From a virus (taxonomy: Duplodnaviria; Heunggongvirae; Uroviricota; Caudoviricetes), in IMG/VR virus record IMGVR_UViG_2877948078_000004: DNA of 43,880 nucleotides; one strand, 5' to 3'. Below, in pieces: positions 10,251 through 25,096 of this stretch. Both the position numbers and the translations under genes were made by a program. The notes beneath the pieces are model-generated. The model saw only the letters and a program-made list of their open reading frames with translations. It was not told the DNA's origin and made no database searches. Every line of letters starts with the position of its first letter. Position 1 is the stretch's first letter.

Positions 10251-12808
10251 CGTCCACCTCCGGAGAACAGGCCACCATCACGCATCTGTGTCTGAATTTC
10301 ATCACGGGCACCCTTGCGGGCCATGTCATACACCGCCTTCAGAGCAGCCGGACCTATCTGCCCGTTCGTGCCGTCGTTGTTAATCACCACATGGTTATTC
10401 TGCTCAAACGTCCCGGACGCCTGCGACCGGCTGTCTGCCATGCTGCCCGGTGTACCGACATAACCGCCGGTGGCATAGCCGCGCATCAGCCGGTAAAGAT
10501 TCCCCACGCCAATCCGGCTGGTTGCCTCCTTCGTGAAGACAAATTCACCACGGTGAACAATCCCCGCTGGCTCATATTTGCCGCCGGTTCCCGTAAATCC
10601 TCCGGTTGCAAAATGGAATTTCGCCGCAGCGGCCTGAATGGCTGTACCGCCTGACGCGGATGCGCCGCCACCAACAGCCCCGCCAATGGCGCTGCCGATA
10701 CTCCCGACAATCCCCACCATTGCCTGCTTAAGCAGAATTTCTGTCATCATGGACAGCACGGAACGGGTGAAGCTGCGCCAGTTCTGCTCACTGCCGGTCA
10801 GCATCGCCGCCATATTCTGTGCAATACCATCAAAGGTCTGCGTGGCTGCACTTTTTACCTGCGACATACTGTCCGTGGCGCTCTCTTCCCACTCACTCCA
10901 GCCGGACTTCAGGCCTGCCATCCAGCTCCCGCGAAGCTGGTCTTCAGCCGCCCAGGTCTTTTTCTGCTCTGACATGACGTTATTCAGCGCCAGCGGATTA
11001 TCGCCATACTGTTCCTTCAGGCGCTGTTCCGTGGCTTCCCGTTCTGCCTGCCGGTCAGTCAGCCCCCGGCTTTTCGCATCAATGGCGGCCCGTTTTGCCC
11101 GTTGCTGCTGTGCGAATTTATCCGCCTGCTGCGCCAGCGCGTTCAGGCGCTCCTGATACGTAACCTTGTCGCCAAGTGCAGCCAGCTGGCGTTTGTACTC
11201 CAGCGTCTCATCTTTATGCGCCAGCAGGGATTTCTCCTGTGCAGACAGCTGGCGACGTTGCGCCGCCTCCTCCAGTACCGCGAACTGACTCTCCGCCTTC
11301 CACAAATCCCGGCGCTGCTGGCTGATTTTCTCATTTGCTCCGGCATGCTTCTCCAGCGTCCGGAGTTCTGCCTGAAGCGTCAGCAGGGCAGCATGAGCAC
11401 TGTCTTCCTGACGATCGCCCGCAGACACCTTCACGCCGGACTGTTTCGGCTTTTTCAGCGTCGCTTCATAATCCTTTTTCGCCGCCGCCATCAGCGTGTT
11501 GTAATCCGCCTGCAGGATTTTCCCGTCTTTCAGTGCCTTGTTCAGTTCTTCCTGACGGGCGGTATATTTCTCCAGCGGCGTCTGCAGCCGTTCGTAAGCC
11601 TTCTGCGCCTCTTCGGTATATTTCAGCCGTGACGCTTCGGTATCGCTCTGCTGCTGCGCATTTTTGTCCTGTTGACTCTGCTGCTCAGCCTTCTTTCGGG
11701 CGGCTTCAAGCGCAAGACGGGCCTTTTCACGATCATCCCAGTAACGCGCCCGCGCTTCATCGTTAACAAAATAATCATCCTTGCGCAGATTCCAGATATC
11801 GTCCGCTTTCTTAAACGCGGCCTCTGCCTTAATCAGCATCTCCTGCGCGGTATCAGGACGACCAATATCCAGCACCGCATCCCACATGGATTTGAATGCC
11901 CGTGCTGTCCTGTCTGCCCAGGTTTCCAGCGTGCCCATGTTCTCTTTCAAGCGTCGGGTCTGGTCATCAAACCCTTTCGTTGCGGCCTCGTTCGCCGCCT
12001 GCAATGCCCCGGCTTCATCGCCGGAACGCTGCAACTGAGCAACATACGCAATCTGCTCCGCCGTCACGTTATGGAACTGGCGTGCCATCGCCGTCAGCCC
12101 CGACGTCGGGTCTGTGGTCAGCTTCCCGAAGGCTTCAGCGACCTTGTCCACCTCCACGCCGGATGCAGAGGAGAAACGCGCCACACTCTGGCTGATGGAC
12201 GCAATCTGAGCCTCACCGCTTACCCCCGCCTTAACCAGTGCGCTGAGTGACTCGCTGGTCTGGTTAAACGTCAGCCCTGCCGCCTGCCCGGCTCTGGACA
12301 GGACCAGCATACGATCTGCCGTCAGTCCCGCCTGATTGCCGGAAAGGACCAGCGTTTTGTTGAAATCGGACAGGGTTGAGTTGCCCTGATACCAGGCATA
12401 CGCCAGCGCACCGGTCGCCACCGCCAGCGAGGTGGCCCCCACCATCGGCAGGGTGATCGCACCGGCAAGCCCCCTGAACATGGGGATCATCCCGCCGAAG
12501 GAGTCCTTCACCTGCCCCCCCTGTTGCAGCAGGATCAGCCACGGACTTTGCCCGCCTGCAAGCTGCGTGGCCACGTCGGTGAACTGTGCAGGCAGCATAC
12601 GCATGGCGGCTTTATACTGCCCGACGGAAATCCCCGCTTTCTGTGCAGCCAGCGCCTGTCGGCTCAGCGACTGTTCAACGACTGCCGCTGTTTTTTTCGC
12701 ATCACTTTCCGTACCGGAAAAATGACGCCTGACTCTGGCCATCTGCTCGTCAAATCTGGCCGCATCCAGACTTAAATCAACGACCAGATCGCCTACCGGT
12801 TCAGCCAT
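10247..12808 (-). CDS. H: Tail tape measure protein H
   Basis: 853 aa (same length as lambda H), coiled-coil-rich, glycine-rich C-terminus; positioned between G-T and M. Confidence 0.9.
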   Translation of the reverse strand: MAEPVGDLVVDLSLDAARFDEQMARVRRHFSGTESDAKKTAAVVEQSLSRQALAAQKAGISVGQYKAAMRMLPAQFTDVATQLAGGQSPWLILLQQGGQVKDSFGGMIPMFRGLAGAITLPMVGATSLAVATGALAYAWYQGNSTLSDFNKTLVLSGNQAGLTADRMLVLSRAGQAAGLTFNQTSESLSALVKAGVSGEAQIASISQSVARFSSASGVEVDKVAEAFGKLTTDPTSGLTAMARQFHNVTAEQIAYVAQLQRSGDEAGALQAANEAATKGFDDQTRRLKENMGTLETWADRTARAFKSMWDAVLDIGRPDTAQEMLIKAEAAFKKADDIWNLRKDDYFVNDEARARYWDDREKARLALEAARKKAEQQSQQDKNAQQQSDTEASRLKYTEEAQKAYERLQTPLEKYTARQEELNKALKDGKILQADYNTLMAAAKKDYEATLKKPKQSGVKVSAGDRQEDSAHAALLTLQAELRTLEKHAGANEKISQQRRDLWKAESQFAVLEEAAQRRQLSAQEKSLLAHKDETLEYKRQLAALGDKVTYQERLNALAQQADKFAQQQRAKRAAIDAKSRGLTDRQAEREATEQRLKEQYGDNPLALNNVMSEQKKTWAAEDQLRGSWMAGLKSGWSEWEESATDSMSQVKSAATQTFDGIAQNMAAMLTGSEQNWRSFTRSVLSMMTEILLKQAMVGIVGSIGSAIGGAVGGGASASGGTAIQAAAAKFHFATGGFTGTGGKYEPAGIVHRGEFVFTKEATSRIGVGNLYRLMRGYATGGYVGTPGSMADSRSQASGTFEQNNHVVINNDGTNGQIGPAALKAVYDMARKGARDEIQTQMRDGGLFSGGGR

Positions 12809-13235
12809 ACCGGACTCCTCCTGCGATCCCTTCTGATACTGTCATCAGCATTACGTCATCCTCCGTCATGTCCGCCACATCCGGGGAAGCGGGGATAACT
12901 TCATTCCCGTCCGGGCCAAAGCGGACACCTCCGGCAAGCCCTGCCGCTTTCTGCATCAGCACATCATCTTCAGGCTCTTCGTCAGCCTCGCGCCGGTTCA
13001 GCAGACTGAAATCCAGCGGATGCATATCCGGATCGCTGAAAAACAGGCTGAGCACGGTGTACGTCAGCCCGGAAAAGTGCATATCCAGCAGAACATCATG
13101 AAAATAATGGGTACTGTAAAAGCGGTGCCAGTCGGCATACTCCGTGGATGACATCCCGGCAAGCATGGCACGCCAGTCGGGTCGCCCCATCTCACGCGCC
13201 AGTTTCAGGGCAAAACTCAGCTCACCGTCGAACAC
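12801..13235 (-). CDS. T: T segment of the G-T tail assembly chaperone (expressed by -1 frameshift from G)
   Basis: 144 aa ORF in the -1 frame relative to G, lambda T-like sequence (…LAREMGRPDWRAMLAGMSSTEYADWHRFY…); GGGAAAG slippery heptamer at 13234..13240 (- strand) at the end of G. Confidence 0.85.
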   Translation of the reverse strand: MFDGELSFALKLAREMGRPDWRAMLAGMSSTEYADWHRFYSTHYFHDVLLDMHFSGLTYTVLSLFFSDPDMHPLDFSLLNRREADEEPEDDVLMQKAAGLAGGVRFGPDGNEVIPASPDVADMTEDDVMLMTVSEGIAGGVRYG

Positions 13236-13639
13236 TTTCCCGCAGAAACAGGCTCTGCGGGCCCGGCGTCCTCTGTCTGTTCAGGTGCATCATTCACAAC
13301 AAACTCAGACATACCGGACAGACGCATTACCACATTTTCAGCCTGAGCAATTGCCTCTGTGGGCCAGGTGGTAAGCACTTCCTGCTCAATCTGTTTAACG
13401 GCTTCATTCATGGACGGCATCTGCGTCTTCTGCGGATGGTTATGCCACAGGGACATCGCCACCAGAAACGCGCCGGTTCTGATGGCGTCTTCCACAGTAA
13501 ACTTCCGGTTGCTGTCTGACTCCGCCTGTTCTGCCTGCCGTTTCATCAGGGCGAGATGCTCAATGCGCTGCAGGGCTGACAGTTCAGAAAGCGTGACGGT
13601 CACACCGTTATGTTCAAATGATTCGGTTTTCAGGAACAT
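13217..13639 (-). CDS. G: Tail assembly chaperone G
   Basis: 140 aa, lambda G-like (MFLKTESFEHNGVTVTLSELSALQRIEHLALMKRQAEQ...). Confidence 0.9.
   Translation of the reverse strand: MFLKTESFEHNGVTVTLSELSALQRIEHLALMKRQAEQAESDSNRKFTVEDAIRTGAFLVAMSLWHNHPQKTQMPSMNEAVKQIEQEVLTTWPTEAIAQAENVVMRLSGMSEFVVNDAPEQTEDAGPAEPVSAGKCSTVS
13234..13240 (-). other. Programmed -1 ribosomal frameshift slippery site (GGGAAAG) for G-T fusion
   Basis: Plus strand reads CTTTCCC = GGGAAAG on - strand, located in the G/T overlap exactly as in lambda. Confidence 0.8.
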
Positions 13640-13654
13640 CGCTGACTCTCCGGA

Positions 13655-14395
13655 TTAACTGGCGGTGACGGTAATTTCTGCAACCGCAGCAAACTCACCA
13701 TTACCGGATACAACCGGAATGTTGACCTTGCCTGCAGCAACGCCGTTCACGGTGATGGTCATACCACTGACCGACACGGTGGCTTTTGTTTTATCCGCAG
13801 ACACCGCACGAAAGCTCTTGTCGGTTACGCCCTCCGGCTGGAAGGCCACGGTCAGCGTGGTGCTCTGCCCTTTCACCACCGAGGTGCTGGCAGGCGTCAC
13901 GGTCATGCCGGTTGCCGCTGTTACCATGCTGCGATCTTCTGCCATCGACGGACGTCCCACATTGGTGACTTTCACCGTGCGGGTGATCACTTCCTTCGCC
14001 GTCACCGCCTTACCGATACTGCTGACCCAGCCACGGAACACATCGACCGTGCCGTTCGGGAAGCGGATTTTATAGGCACGGGTATCGCCTTCATTAAACC
14101 ACGCCAGCAGCGCCTGCTGCCCCTGCTCTCCGGGCATCCACGCCAGCGTGAAGCTGGTATCTCCGGCAGATTTCTGCCCCTGCCCGGTCGCAGTCCAGTC
14201 TGCATCTTCATCATCGAGATAGCTGTCGTCATAGGACTCAGCGGTCAGTTCGCCGGGCGTCAGGTCTTTAACTTTTGCCAGACGCGACCAGTCAACGTCT
14301 GAAAGCGGATTCGCATAAGGGTCACCGCTCCCCTTATAAACCCACAGAGTGGTCCCGGCACCTTTCACCGGCATTGTAGGATTTGGTACAGGCAT
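13655..14395 (-). CDS. V: Major tail tube protein V
   Basis: Lambda V-like ([22 protein letters not shown]…), C-terminal Ig-like domain. Start set at MPVPN (246 aa); the track ORF extends 10 codons upstream to 14425. Confidence 0.9.
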   Translation of the reverse strand: MPVPNPTMPVKGAGTTLWVYKGSGDPYANPLSDVDWSRLAKVKDLTPGELTAESYDDSYLDDEDADWTATGQGQKSAGDTSFTLAWMPGEQGQQALLAWFNEGDTRAYKIRFPNGTVDVFRGWVSSIGKAVTAKEVITRTVKVTNVGRPSMAEDRSMVTAATGMTVTPASTSVVKGQSTTLTVAFQPEGVTDKSFRAVSADKTKATVSVSGMTITVNGVAAGKVNIPVVSGNGEFAAVAEITVTAS

Positions 14396-14402
14396 AGCGT
14401 CC

Positions 14403-14798
14403 TCACATTTCATAGGTAATGACATAAGTCAGATCGGCTGAACTCCACAGGCCCGCATCATCGTCGCGCCGGTAGTCATAGCCGCTGGCCACCATACTGG
14501 TGATCAAATCTGACAGTGCCGGGATATCGCTCATCACCGGATAAATCCGGGACTCCATCCACGCATCCAGCTCTGAATCCGGCACCTGAGCAGGCAGGAA
14601 AACTTCGATATGCAGCTCCGCCTGCCAGGTATCGCTGTCCAGCTCTTCGCCCGTGTATTCAGCGCCGGTGAGATAAACGGCAACTGCCGGAAAATCCGCC
14701 TCATCAAAAACAGCGGGGCGACCATCAAAAAACGTCGCCCCGGTGTCATGCTTCTCCAGTGCATCCAGTACGGCTGCACGGAGTTCAGTATGTTTCAT
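14403..14798 (-). CDS. U: Tail terminator protein U
   Basis: 131 aa, lambda U-like ([31 protein letters not shown]…). Confidence 0.9.
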   Translation of the reverse strand: MKHTELRAAVLDALEKHDTGATFFDGRPAVFDEADFPAVAVYLTGAEYTGEELDSDTWQAELHIEVFLPAQVPDSELDAWMESRIYPVMSDIPALSDLITSMVASGYDYRRDDDAGLWSSADLTYVITYEM

Positions 14799-15373
14799 CG
14801 CTTTATTACCATCCTCAGTTGATGCTGCAGCGCATAGCCCAGCTCTTTCGGAAGACGTTCACGCCGTATCCGCTCAATATTTTGTTTAAACGCCGTGGTC
14901 AGCGGCACCGCCATCGGGATTTTCACCACATCAATGGGGTAACGGTTTTTCCCGGCCACACGCTGCATGACATGCCACCGGCCATTTTTCAGTTGCTGAA
15001 TAAACGCGCCGGGAATACGACGGTTACCCACCACAAGCACGCTGCCGCCACCTTTCAGGGATGAACGCTGCCCCTTTTTACGACGCCTGCGGCGCGAAAG
15101 GACAACCCGCGCATTACCCAGCTTGATTACGGGCAAATCCCCCCGGTTAACCTTGATTCTGGCCTGCGGATTTTTGACCGTGGCCCTTTTCAGCCTGGCC
15201 CTTTCCTTTACCAGTTTCCGGCGTACCTTTGTCTCACGGGCAACCTGTGACACCGACTGCGATATCGCGGATGAAGCAACGCGGTTAATGGCCATTGCGG
15301 CGGCACCGGGCACCGCCGTTCTGCTGATACGGCTGAGGTTTTCAACGGCCTGCTCAAGACCTTTTATGGCCAT
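14795..15373 (-). CDS. Z: Tail completion protein Z
   Basis: 192 aa, lambda Z-like; basic RRRRRKKGQR patch. Confidence 0.9.
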   Translation of the reverse strand: MAIKGLEQAVENLSRISRTAVPGAAAMAINRVASSAISQSVSQVARETKVRRKLVKERARLKRATVKNPQARIKVNRGDLPVIKLGNARVVLSRRRRRKKGQRSSLKGGGSVLVVGNRRIPGAFIQQLKNGRWHVMQRVAGKNRYPIDVVKIPMAVPLTTAFKQNIERIRRERLPKELGYALQHQLRMVIKR

Positions 15374-15384
15374 ACATCCCCCTT

Positions 15385-15738
15385 TCAGCGGCGACGGTTA
15401 ACGGCAGGCGGTACGCCCCGCCCAAGCCAGAGATGACAGCTTCCGCCATCATCCGGCGAAATCCGGTCTATCCAGAAGTTTTCCTCACCGATGGTCAGCG
15501 TGTCGCCGCGCCGCAGCTGCCGCACATCATCAGTCCGGACAAACAGGGACGGGCTGGAGCCTTCAACGCGCACGCCCTGTCCGGCATAGCTGATATTTTC
15601 AGGGTCATCAAAAACACCACGTATCACAGCACCGGACTGCTCACCGGATGTCATGGTGGCTGACGTTCCCATGTACCCGCGTATCGTTTCATCGGCGCAG
15701 GCAATGGCAGCATCGAACAGGTTATCGAAATCAGCCAC
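15385..15738 (-). CDS. FII: Head-tail joining protein FII
   Basis: 117 aa, lambda FII-like (MADFDNLFDAAIACADETIRGYMGT…). Confidence 0.9.
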   Translation of the reverse strand: MADFDNLFDAAIACADETIRGYMGTSATMTSGEQSGAVIRGVFDDPENISYAGQGVRVEGSSPSLFVRTDDVRQLRRGDTLTIGEENFWIDRISPDDGGSCHLWLGRGVPPAVNRRR

Positions 15739-15749
15739 AGCGCCTCCCG

Positions 15750-16145
15750 TTATTGCATTCTGGCCAGGCCGCGCTCTGTCATTTCAGCTGCCACACCGGC
15801 AGAGACACGGAACGCCGTTCCCGGCAGCACAAATGCCACAGCCTCATCCCGCGTGGCGTGAAGTGCATCAGTATGCAGCGTCACCAGTGCCACAACCGTG
15901 ACCAGATCAGCCGTATCAATCACGGTATCCGGCTGCGCTGATACAACCTCATTTTCATGTCCGGTCAGCGCATTTTCCGGGCTGACAGATGTGTCCTGAC
16001 CGGCAGCGTCATCCGTGTCATCAAGCTCCTCTTCCAGCTCTGCCACACGGAGTGCCAGTTCTTCTTTCGTCCCCGTCAGGCTGACATCACGGTTCAGTTG
16101 CTCACCCAGCACCTGAAGACGGGCAATCAGTTCATCTTTCGTCAT
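15750..16145 (-). CDS. FI: DNA packaging protein FI
   Basis: Lambda FI-like (MTKDELIARLQVLGEQLNRDVSLTGTKEELALRVAELEEELDD…); start chosen at MTKDEL with GGAGGAG RBS (track ORF extends 13 codons upstream). Confidence 0.9.
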   Translation of the reverse strand: MTKDELIARLQVLGEQLNRDVSLTGTKEELALRVAELEEELDDTDDAAGQDTSVSPENALTGHENEVVSAQPDTVIDTADLVTVVALVTLHTDALHATRDEAVAFVLPGTAFRVSAGVAAEMTERGLARMQ

Positions 16146-16186
16146 GGACTCCTCCACAGAGAGAAAATGGCCCCGAAGGGCCATGA

Positions 16187-17212
16187 TTACGCCAGTTGTA
16201 CGGACACGAACGCATCAGGGTCAGCCAGCAGCATCAGCGGTGCTGACTGAATCATGGTGAACTCACGCGCCGGATCGCCGGTGGTCACCCAGTTTTTCGG
16301 GTAGCGGGCAGAGGCGTTAATACCTTCGCGCTGTGCGTCCGCATCCTGAATGCAGCCATAGGTGCGCAGACCGCGTGCCTGAGTGTTCCCCAGCACCATC
16401 GTGTTGTCCGGAAGGAAGTTCTTTTTGACGTCGTTTTCCACGTACTGTCCGGAATACACGACGATCGCCGTATCGCCATACATCCCCTTATAGGACACCG
16501 CTTCGCCCAGGTCTTTTACCGCTGTCTCCAGCTCGGAATTAGAGCCGCGACGGGTATCCAGCTTCTCCTTGACGGCTTTGAAGGAACGGAACAGCGCCCA
16601 GCCTTTCGGATCAAACACGATGATATTCACCACACCGCTGGCGTTCAGCGCGTAGGCTTCGATATCGTCGGTCGGGTCATACGTGGACTTGTCACGCTTG
16701 CTCCACTCCGTACCGCCGGACTGCGTGATGTTGTTCGCCACACTGCGGCCCATATCCACTTCAACCGGATCGAAGGCTTCACCGGTCATGGTGTATTTGC
16801 CCTTAAGCACGGCAGAAACTGCCTGCATCTCTTCGACCTGAGCAATGGCCAGCTCTTCGTCTCGCATGTTCTGCAGGATGATGCGACGGCGGCGGTAAGC
16901 CGGGTCCGCCAGATTCTGTGGATCTTCATCCGGCAGGCGACGCAGGGTCATCTGCGGATTCACCTCATGCTTGGGCTTGACATATCCCGGTGTAAATTCA
17001 GAGGTGGATCCGCCACGGGAACGGATAACCTCACCGGAAACAATCGGCGAAACGTACAGCGCCATGTTTACCAGTCCCGGAATTTGTGAGAGATAGACTT
17101 TCTCCGTGGTGAAGGGATAGCTCTCACGGAAAAAGAGACGCAGAAACAGCGGATCAAACTTAAATTTCTGCTCATTTGCCGCCAGCAGTTGGGCGGTTGT
17201 GTACATCGACAT
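16187..17212 (-). CDS. E: Major capsid protein E
   Basis: 341 aa from MSMYTTAQLLAANEQKFKFDPLFLRLFFRESYPF…, matches lambda E; track ORF has 9 extra upstream codons. Confidence 0.95.
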   Translation of the reverse strand: MSMYTTAQLLAANEQKFKFDPLFLRLFFRESYPFTTEKVYLSQIPGLVNMALYVSPIVSGEVIRSRGGSTSEFTPGYVKPKHEVNPQMTLRRLPDEDPQNLADPAYRRRRIILQNMRDEELAIAQVEEMQAVSAVLKGKYTMTGEAFDPVEVDMGRSVANNITQSGGTEWSKRDKSTYDPTDDIEAYALNASGVVNIIVFDPKGWALFRSFKAVKEKLDTRRGSNSELETAVKDLGEAVSYKGMYGDTAIVVYSGQYVENDVKKNFLPDNTMVLGNTQARGLRTYGCIQDADAQREGINASARYPKNWVTTGDPAREFTMIQSAPLMLLADPDAFVSVQLA

Positions 17213-17267
17213 AAAAAAATCCCGTAAAAAAAGCCGCACAGGCGGCCTTTAGTGATGAAGGGTCAGG

Positions 17268-17600
17268 TTAAACGATGCTGATTGCCGTTCCGGCAAACGC
17301 GGTCCGTTTTTTCGTCTCGTCGCTGGCAGCCTCCGGCCAGAGCACATCCTCATAACGGAACGTGCCGGACTTGTAGAACGTCAGTGTGGTGCTGGTCTGG
17401 TCAGCAGCAACCGCCAGAATGCCAACGGCAGCACCGTCGGTGGTGCCATCCCAAGCAACCAGCTTACGGGTGGAGGTGTCCAGCATCAGCGGGGTCATTG
17501 CAGGCGCTTTCGCACTCAATCCGCCGGGCGCGGTTGCGGTATGAGCCGGGTCACTGTTGCCCAGCGGCTGGTAATGGGTAAAGGTTTCTTTGCTCGTCAT
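17268..17600 (-). CDS. D: Capsid decoration protein D
   Basis: 110 aa from [12 protein letters not shown]…, lambda D-like. Confidence 0.9.
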   Translation of the reverse strand: MTSKETFTHYQPLGNSDPAHTATAPGGLSAKAPAMTPLMLDTSTRKLVAWDGTTDGAAVGILAVAADQTSTTLTFYKSGTFRYEDVLWPEAASDETKKRTAFAGTAISIV

Positions 17601-17609
17601 AAACATCCC

Positions 17610-18215
17610 TTACACTGGTGTGTTCAGCAAATCGTTAACGGCATCAGATGCCGGGTTACCTGCAGCCAGCGGTGCCGGTGCCCCCTGCATCAGACGATCC
17701 AGCGCAGTGTCACTGCGCGCCTGTGCACTCTGTGGTGCAGCTGCCAGAATGCGGCGGGCCGTTTCCACGGTCATACCGGGGGTTTCTGCCAGCACGCGGG
17801 CCTGTTCTTCGCGTCCGTGAGCCTCCTCACAGTTGAGGATCCCCATAATGCGGCTGTTTTCTGCCGCAACCGCAGCGGTGATCTGCGCGTTCACGTCCGG
17901 CTGCGCCGCGCTGGCGTTTTCGCCCTCCGTCGCTGGCACCACGTCAGTAACGTCAGCCTGCGAAGCAGTGGCTGAAACAGTTGTTGATTGAGTCTCTTTG
18001 GTCATTCGCCCTCCTGAGAGACGGGATTTACGTGCATCCAGTGCATCACGCATAACGGTGATCGCATCGGTGCTGTTGACAAGTTCATCAGCCAGTCCGG
18101 CATCAATGGCCTCCTGACCGCTGTACACTGCAGCCTCGGTATCCAGCACAGCCTGCACGGACAGGCCGGTATATGCCGACACCTTCTGCGCAAACATCTG
18201 GCGGGTTGCATCCAT
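17610..18215 (-). CDS. nu3: Scaffolding protein Nu3 (in-frame internal start within C)
   Basis: 201 codons from the internal Met to the shared C stop, the same nested arrangement as lambda C/Nu3. Confidence 0.6.
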   Translation of the reverse strand: MDATRQMFAQKVSAYTGLSVQAVLDTEAAVYSGQEAIDAGLADELVNSTDAITVMRDALDARKSRLSGGRMTKETQSTTVSATASQADVTDVVPATEGENASAAQPDVNAQITAAVAAENSRIMGILNCEEAHGREEQARVLAETPGMTVETARRILAAAPQSAQARSDTALDRLMQGAPAPLAAGNPASDAVNDLLNTPV

Positions 18216-18909
18216 CCGGGACTGCAGTGTCTCCCGGACGTCATCCGGAAGATGGCTGTAGGGGTTGCCATCCACCTTATGGCTGCCGCTGTAAATCAGC
18301 GTGATTTCCACGCCCTGTTTCTCCAGCGCAGCACCGTAATTACTGTGAGCCATCATGACGCCGATGGAGCCTGTCCGGGCGGTCTGCGTGACCAGACGCC
18401 GGGAGGCGGCGCTGGCAAGCAGCTGCCCTGCACTGCAGTTCATGTCATTGGCCAGCGCCCATACCGGCTTTATGTCACGCACACGGGCGATGATGTCAGC
18501 GCAGTCAAATGCCCCTGCCACCATTCCGCCGGGCGTGTCCATATCGAGCAGAATGCCGTCCACCATCGGGTCGCTGGCAGCCTGTTGCAGACGGGCGATA
18601 ATGCCGTTGTAACCGGTCATTCCCGAATACGGCTGCAGCGCCCGCGTCCGGCTGACCAGCGTGCCGGACACCGGCAGCACGGCGATGCCGTTCATGACCT
18701 GATAACTGCGGGCCTGTCGTGGTCCGTCATCATCACCGGATAACGCCAGCGTCGCGGGTGCCTCCGGGGCAGTCAGGCTGTCACCGGACACCGCATCCGT
18801 CAGGCGGCTGATCCCAAGCTGGCCTGCAAGCGCACAAAAGAAAACCCGCGCATAGGCGGGTTCAAGCATCAGTGGCTCATTAAAGGCCATACTGGCAATA
18901 TGCGGGAGA

Positions 18910-18929
<20 letters not shown>
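17610..18929 (-). CDS. C: Capsid assembly protease C (S49/ClpP-like); 3' third also encodes scaffold Nu3 in frame
   Basis: 439 aa from GTG start (VTAELRNLPHIASMAFNEPLMLEP…) preceded by GGAGGAG RBS, overlapping B by 20 nt as in lambda. An internal in-frame Met at 18215 (MDATRQMFAQKV…) corresponds to the Nu3 start. Confidence 0.9.
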
Positions 18930-22610
<3,681 letters not shown>

Positions 22611-22636
<26 letters not shown>

Positions 22637-23156
22637 TCAGCAACCCCGGTATCAGTTCATCCAGCGCGGCTGCTTTGTTCATGGCTTTGATGATATCCCG
22701 TTTCAGGAAATCAACATGTCGGTTTTCCAGTTCCGGAAAACGCCGCTGCACCGACAGGGGGATCCCGTCGAGAATACTGGCAATTTCACCTGCGATCCGC
22801 GACAGCACGAAAGTACAGAATGCGGTTTCCACCACTTCAGCGGAGTCTCTGGCATTTTTCAGCTCCTGTGCGTCGGCCTGCGCACGCGTAAGTCGATGGC
22901 GTTCGTACTCAATAGTCCCTGGCTGGAGATCTGTCTCGCTGGCCTGTCGCAGTTCTTCAACCTCCCGGCGCAGCTTTTCGTTCTCAATTTCAGCATCCCT
23001 TTCGGCATACCATTTTATGACGGCGGCAGAGTCATAAAGCACCTCATTACCCTTCCCACCGCCTCGCAGAACGGGCATTCCCTGCTCCTGCCAGTTCTGA
23101 ATGGTACGGATACTCGCGTCGAAAATTTCAGCCAGCTGCTTTTTGTTGACTTCCAT
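22611..23156 (-). CDS. nu1: Terminase small subunit Nu1
   Basis: 181 aa MEVNKKQLAEIFDASIRTIQNWQEQGMPVLRGGGKGNEVLYDSAAVIKWYAERD…, lambda Nu1-like with N-terminal winged HTH. Confidence 0.95.
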
Positions 23157-23159
23157 TGT

Positions 23160-23360
23160 TCATTCCACGGACAAAAACAGAGAAAGGAAACGACAGTGGC
23201 CAAAAAGCCCGTTTTCAGCACCTGTCGTTTCCTTTCTTTTCAGAGGGTATTTTAAATAAAAACATTAAGTTATGACGAAGAAGAACGGAAACGCCTTAAA
23301 CCGGAAAATTTTCATAAATAGCGAAAACCCGCGAGGTCGCCGCCCCGTAACCTGTCGGAT
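23160..23360. other. cos region (cosB-cosN-cosQ); 12-nt cohesive-end sequence at 23333..23344
   Basis: Plus strand AGGTCGCCGCCC at 23333..23344 is the reverse complement of the lambda left cohesive end GGGCGGCGACCT; flanking sequence (…gaaaacccgcgAGGTCGCCGCCCcgtaacctgtcggatc…) matches the lambda cos junction as I recall it. Confidence 0.85.
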
Positions 23361-23544
23361 CGCCGGAAAGGACCCGCAAAATGATAATGATTATCATCTA
23401 CATATCACAACGTGCATCTACGCCATCAAACCACGTCAAATAATCAATTATGACGCAGGTATCGTATTAATTGATCTGCATCAACTTAACGTAAAAACAA
23501 CTTCAGACAATACAAATCAGCGACACTGAATACGGGGCAACCTC

Positions 23545-23739
23545 ATGTCAACTAAGAACAGAACCCGCAGAACAACAACCCGCAACATCCGCTTTCCTAA
23601 CCAAATGATTGAACAAATTAACATCGCTCTTGAGCAAAAAGGGTCCGGGAATTTCTCAGCCTGGGTCATTGAAGCCTGCCGTCGGAGGCTAACGTCAGAA
23701 AAGAGAGCATATACATCAATTAAAAGTGATGAAGAATGA
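23545..23739 (+). CDS. ylcI: Small basic hypothetical protein (DLP12 YlcI-like)
   Basis: 64 aa ORF MSTKNRTRRTTTRNIRFPNQMIEQINIALEQKG…; position next to cos matches small right-end ORFs of lambdoid phages. Confidence 0.5.
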   Translation: MSTKNRTRRTTTRNIRFPNQMIEQINIALEQKGSGNFSAWVIEACRRRLTSEKRAYTSIKSDEE

Positions 23740-23903
23740 ACATCCCGCGTTCTTCCCTCCGAACAGGACGATATTGTAAATTCACTTAATTACGAGGGCA
23801 TTGCAGTAATTGAGTTGCAGTTTTACCACTTTCCTGACAGTGACAGACTGCGTGTTGGCTCTGTCACAGGTTAAGTAGTTTGAATGATTAGCAGTTATGG
23901 TGA

Positions 23904-24110
23904 TCAGTCAACCACCAGGGAATAATCCTTCATATTATTATCGTGCTTCACCAACGCTGCCTCAATTGCCCTGAATGCTTCCAGAGACACCTTATGTTCT
24001 ATACATGCAATTACAACATCAGGGTAACTCATAGAAATGGTGCTATTAAGCATATTTTTTACACGAATCAGATCCACGGAGGGATCATCAGCAGATTGTT
24101 CTTTATTCAT
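23904..24110 (-). CDS. ybcW: Hypothetical protein (DLP12 YbcW-like)
   Basis: 68 aa ORF in AT-rich moron cluster between cos and bor. Confidence 0.5.
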
Positions 24111-24395
24111 TTTGTCGCTCCATGCGCTTGCTCTTCATCTAGCGGTTAAAATATTACTTCAAATCTTTCTGTATGAAGGTTTGAGCACGTTGGCCTTACA
24201 TACATCTGTCGGTTGTATTTCCCTCCAGAATGCCAGCAGGACCGCACTTTGTTACGCAACCAATACTATTAATTGAAAACATTCCTAATATTTGACATAA
24301 ATCATCAACAAAACACAAAGAGGTCAGACCAGATTGAAGCGATAAAAACGATAATGCAAACTACGCGCCCTCGTATCACATGGAAGGTTTTACCA

Positions 24396-24806
24396 ATGGC
24401 TCAGGTTGCCATTTTTAAAGAAATATTCGATCAAGTGCGAAAAGATTTAAACTGTGAATTGTTTTATTCTGAACTAAAACGTCACAATGTCTCACATTAT
24501 ATTTACTATCTAGCCACAGATAATATTCACATTGTGTTAGAAAACGATAACACCGTGTTAATAAAAGGACTTAAAAAGGTTGTAAATGTTAAATTCTCAA
24601 GAAATACGCATCTTATAGAAACGTCCTATGATAGGTTGAAATCAAGAGAAATCACATTTCAGCAATACAGGGAAAATCTTGCTAAAGCAGGAGTTTTCCG
24701 ATGGGTTACAAATATCCACGAACATAAAAGATATTACTATACCTTTGATAATTCATTACTATTTACTGAGAGCATTCAGAACACTACACAAATCTTTCCA
24801 CGCTAA
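24396..24806 (+). CDS. ybcV: Hypothetical protein (DLP12 YbcV-like, DUF1398-type)
   Basis: [41 protein letters not shown]… with GGAAGG RBS 8 nt upstream; the track ORF starts further upstream on a TTG (24273), so the start is uncertain. Confidence 0.55.
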   Translation: MAQVAIFKEIFDQVRKDLNCELFYSELKRHNVSHYIYYLATDNIHIVLENDNTVLIKGLKKVVNVKFSRNTHLIETSYDRLKSREITFQQYRENLAKAGVFRWVTNIHEHKRYYYTFDNSLLFTESIQNTTQIFPR

Positions 24807-25096
24807 ATCATAACGTCCGGTTTCTTCCGTGTCAGCACCGGGGCGTTGGCATAATACAATACATGTACGCGCTAAACCCTGTGTGCATCGTTTTTAATTA
24901 TTCCCGGACACTCCCGCAGAGAAGTTCCCCGTCAGGACTGTGGACATAGTTAATCCGGGAATACAATGACGATTCATCGCACCTGGCATACATTAATAAA
25001 TATTAACAATATGAAATTTCAACTCATTGTTTAGGGTTTGTTTAATTTTCTACACATACGATTCTGCGAACTTCAAAAAGCATCGGGAATAACACC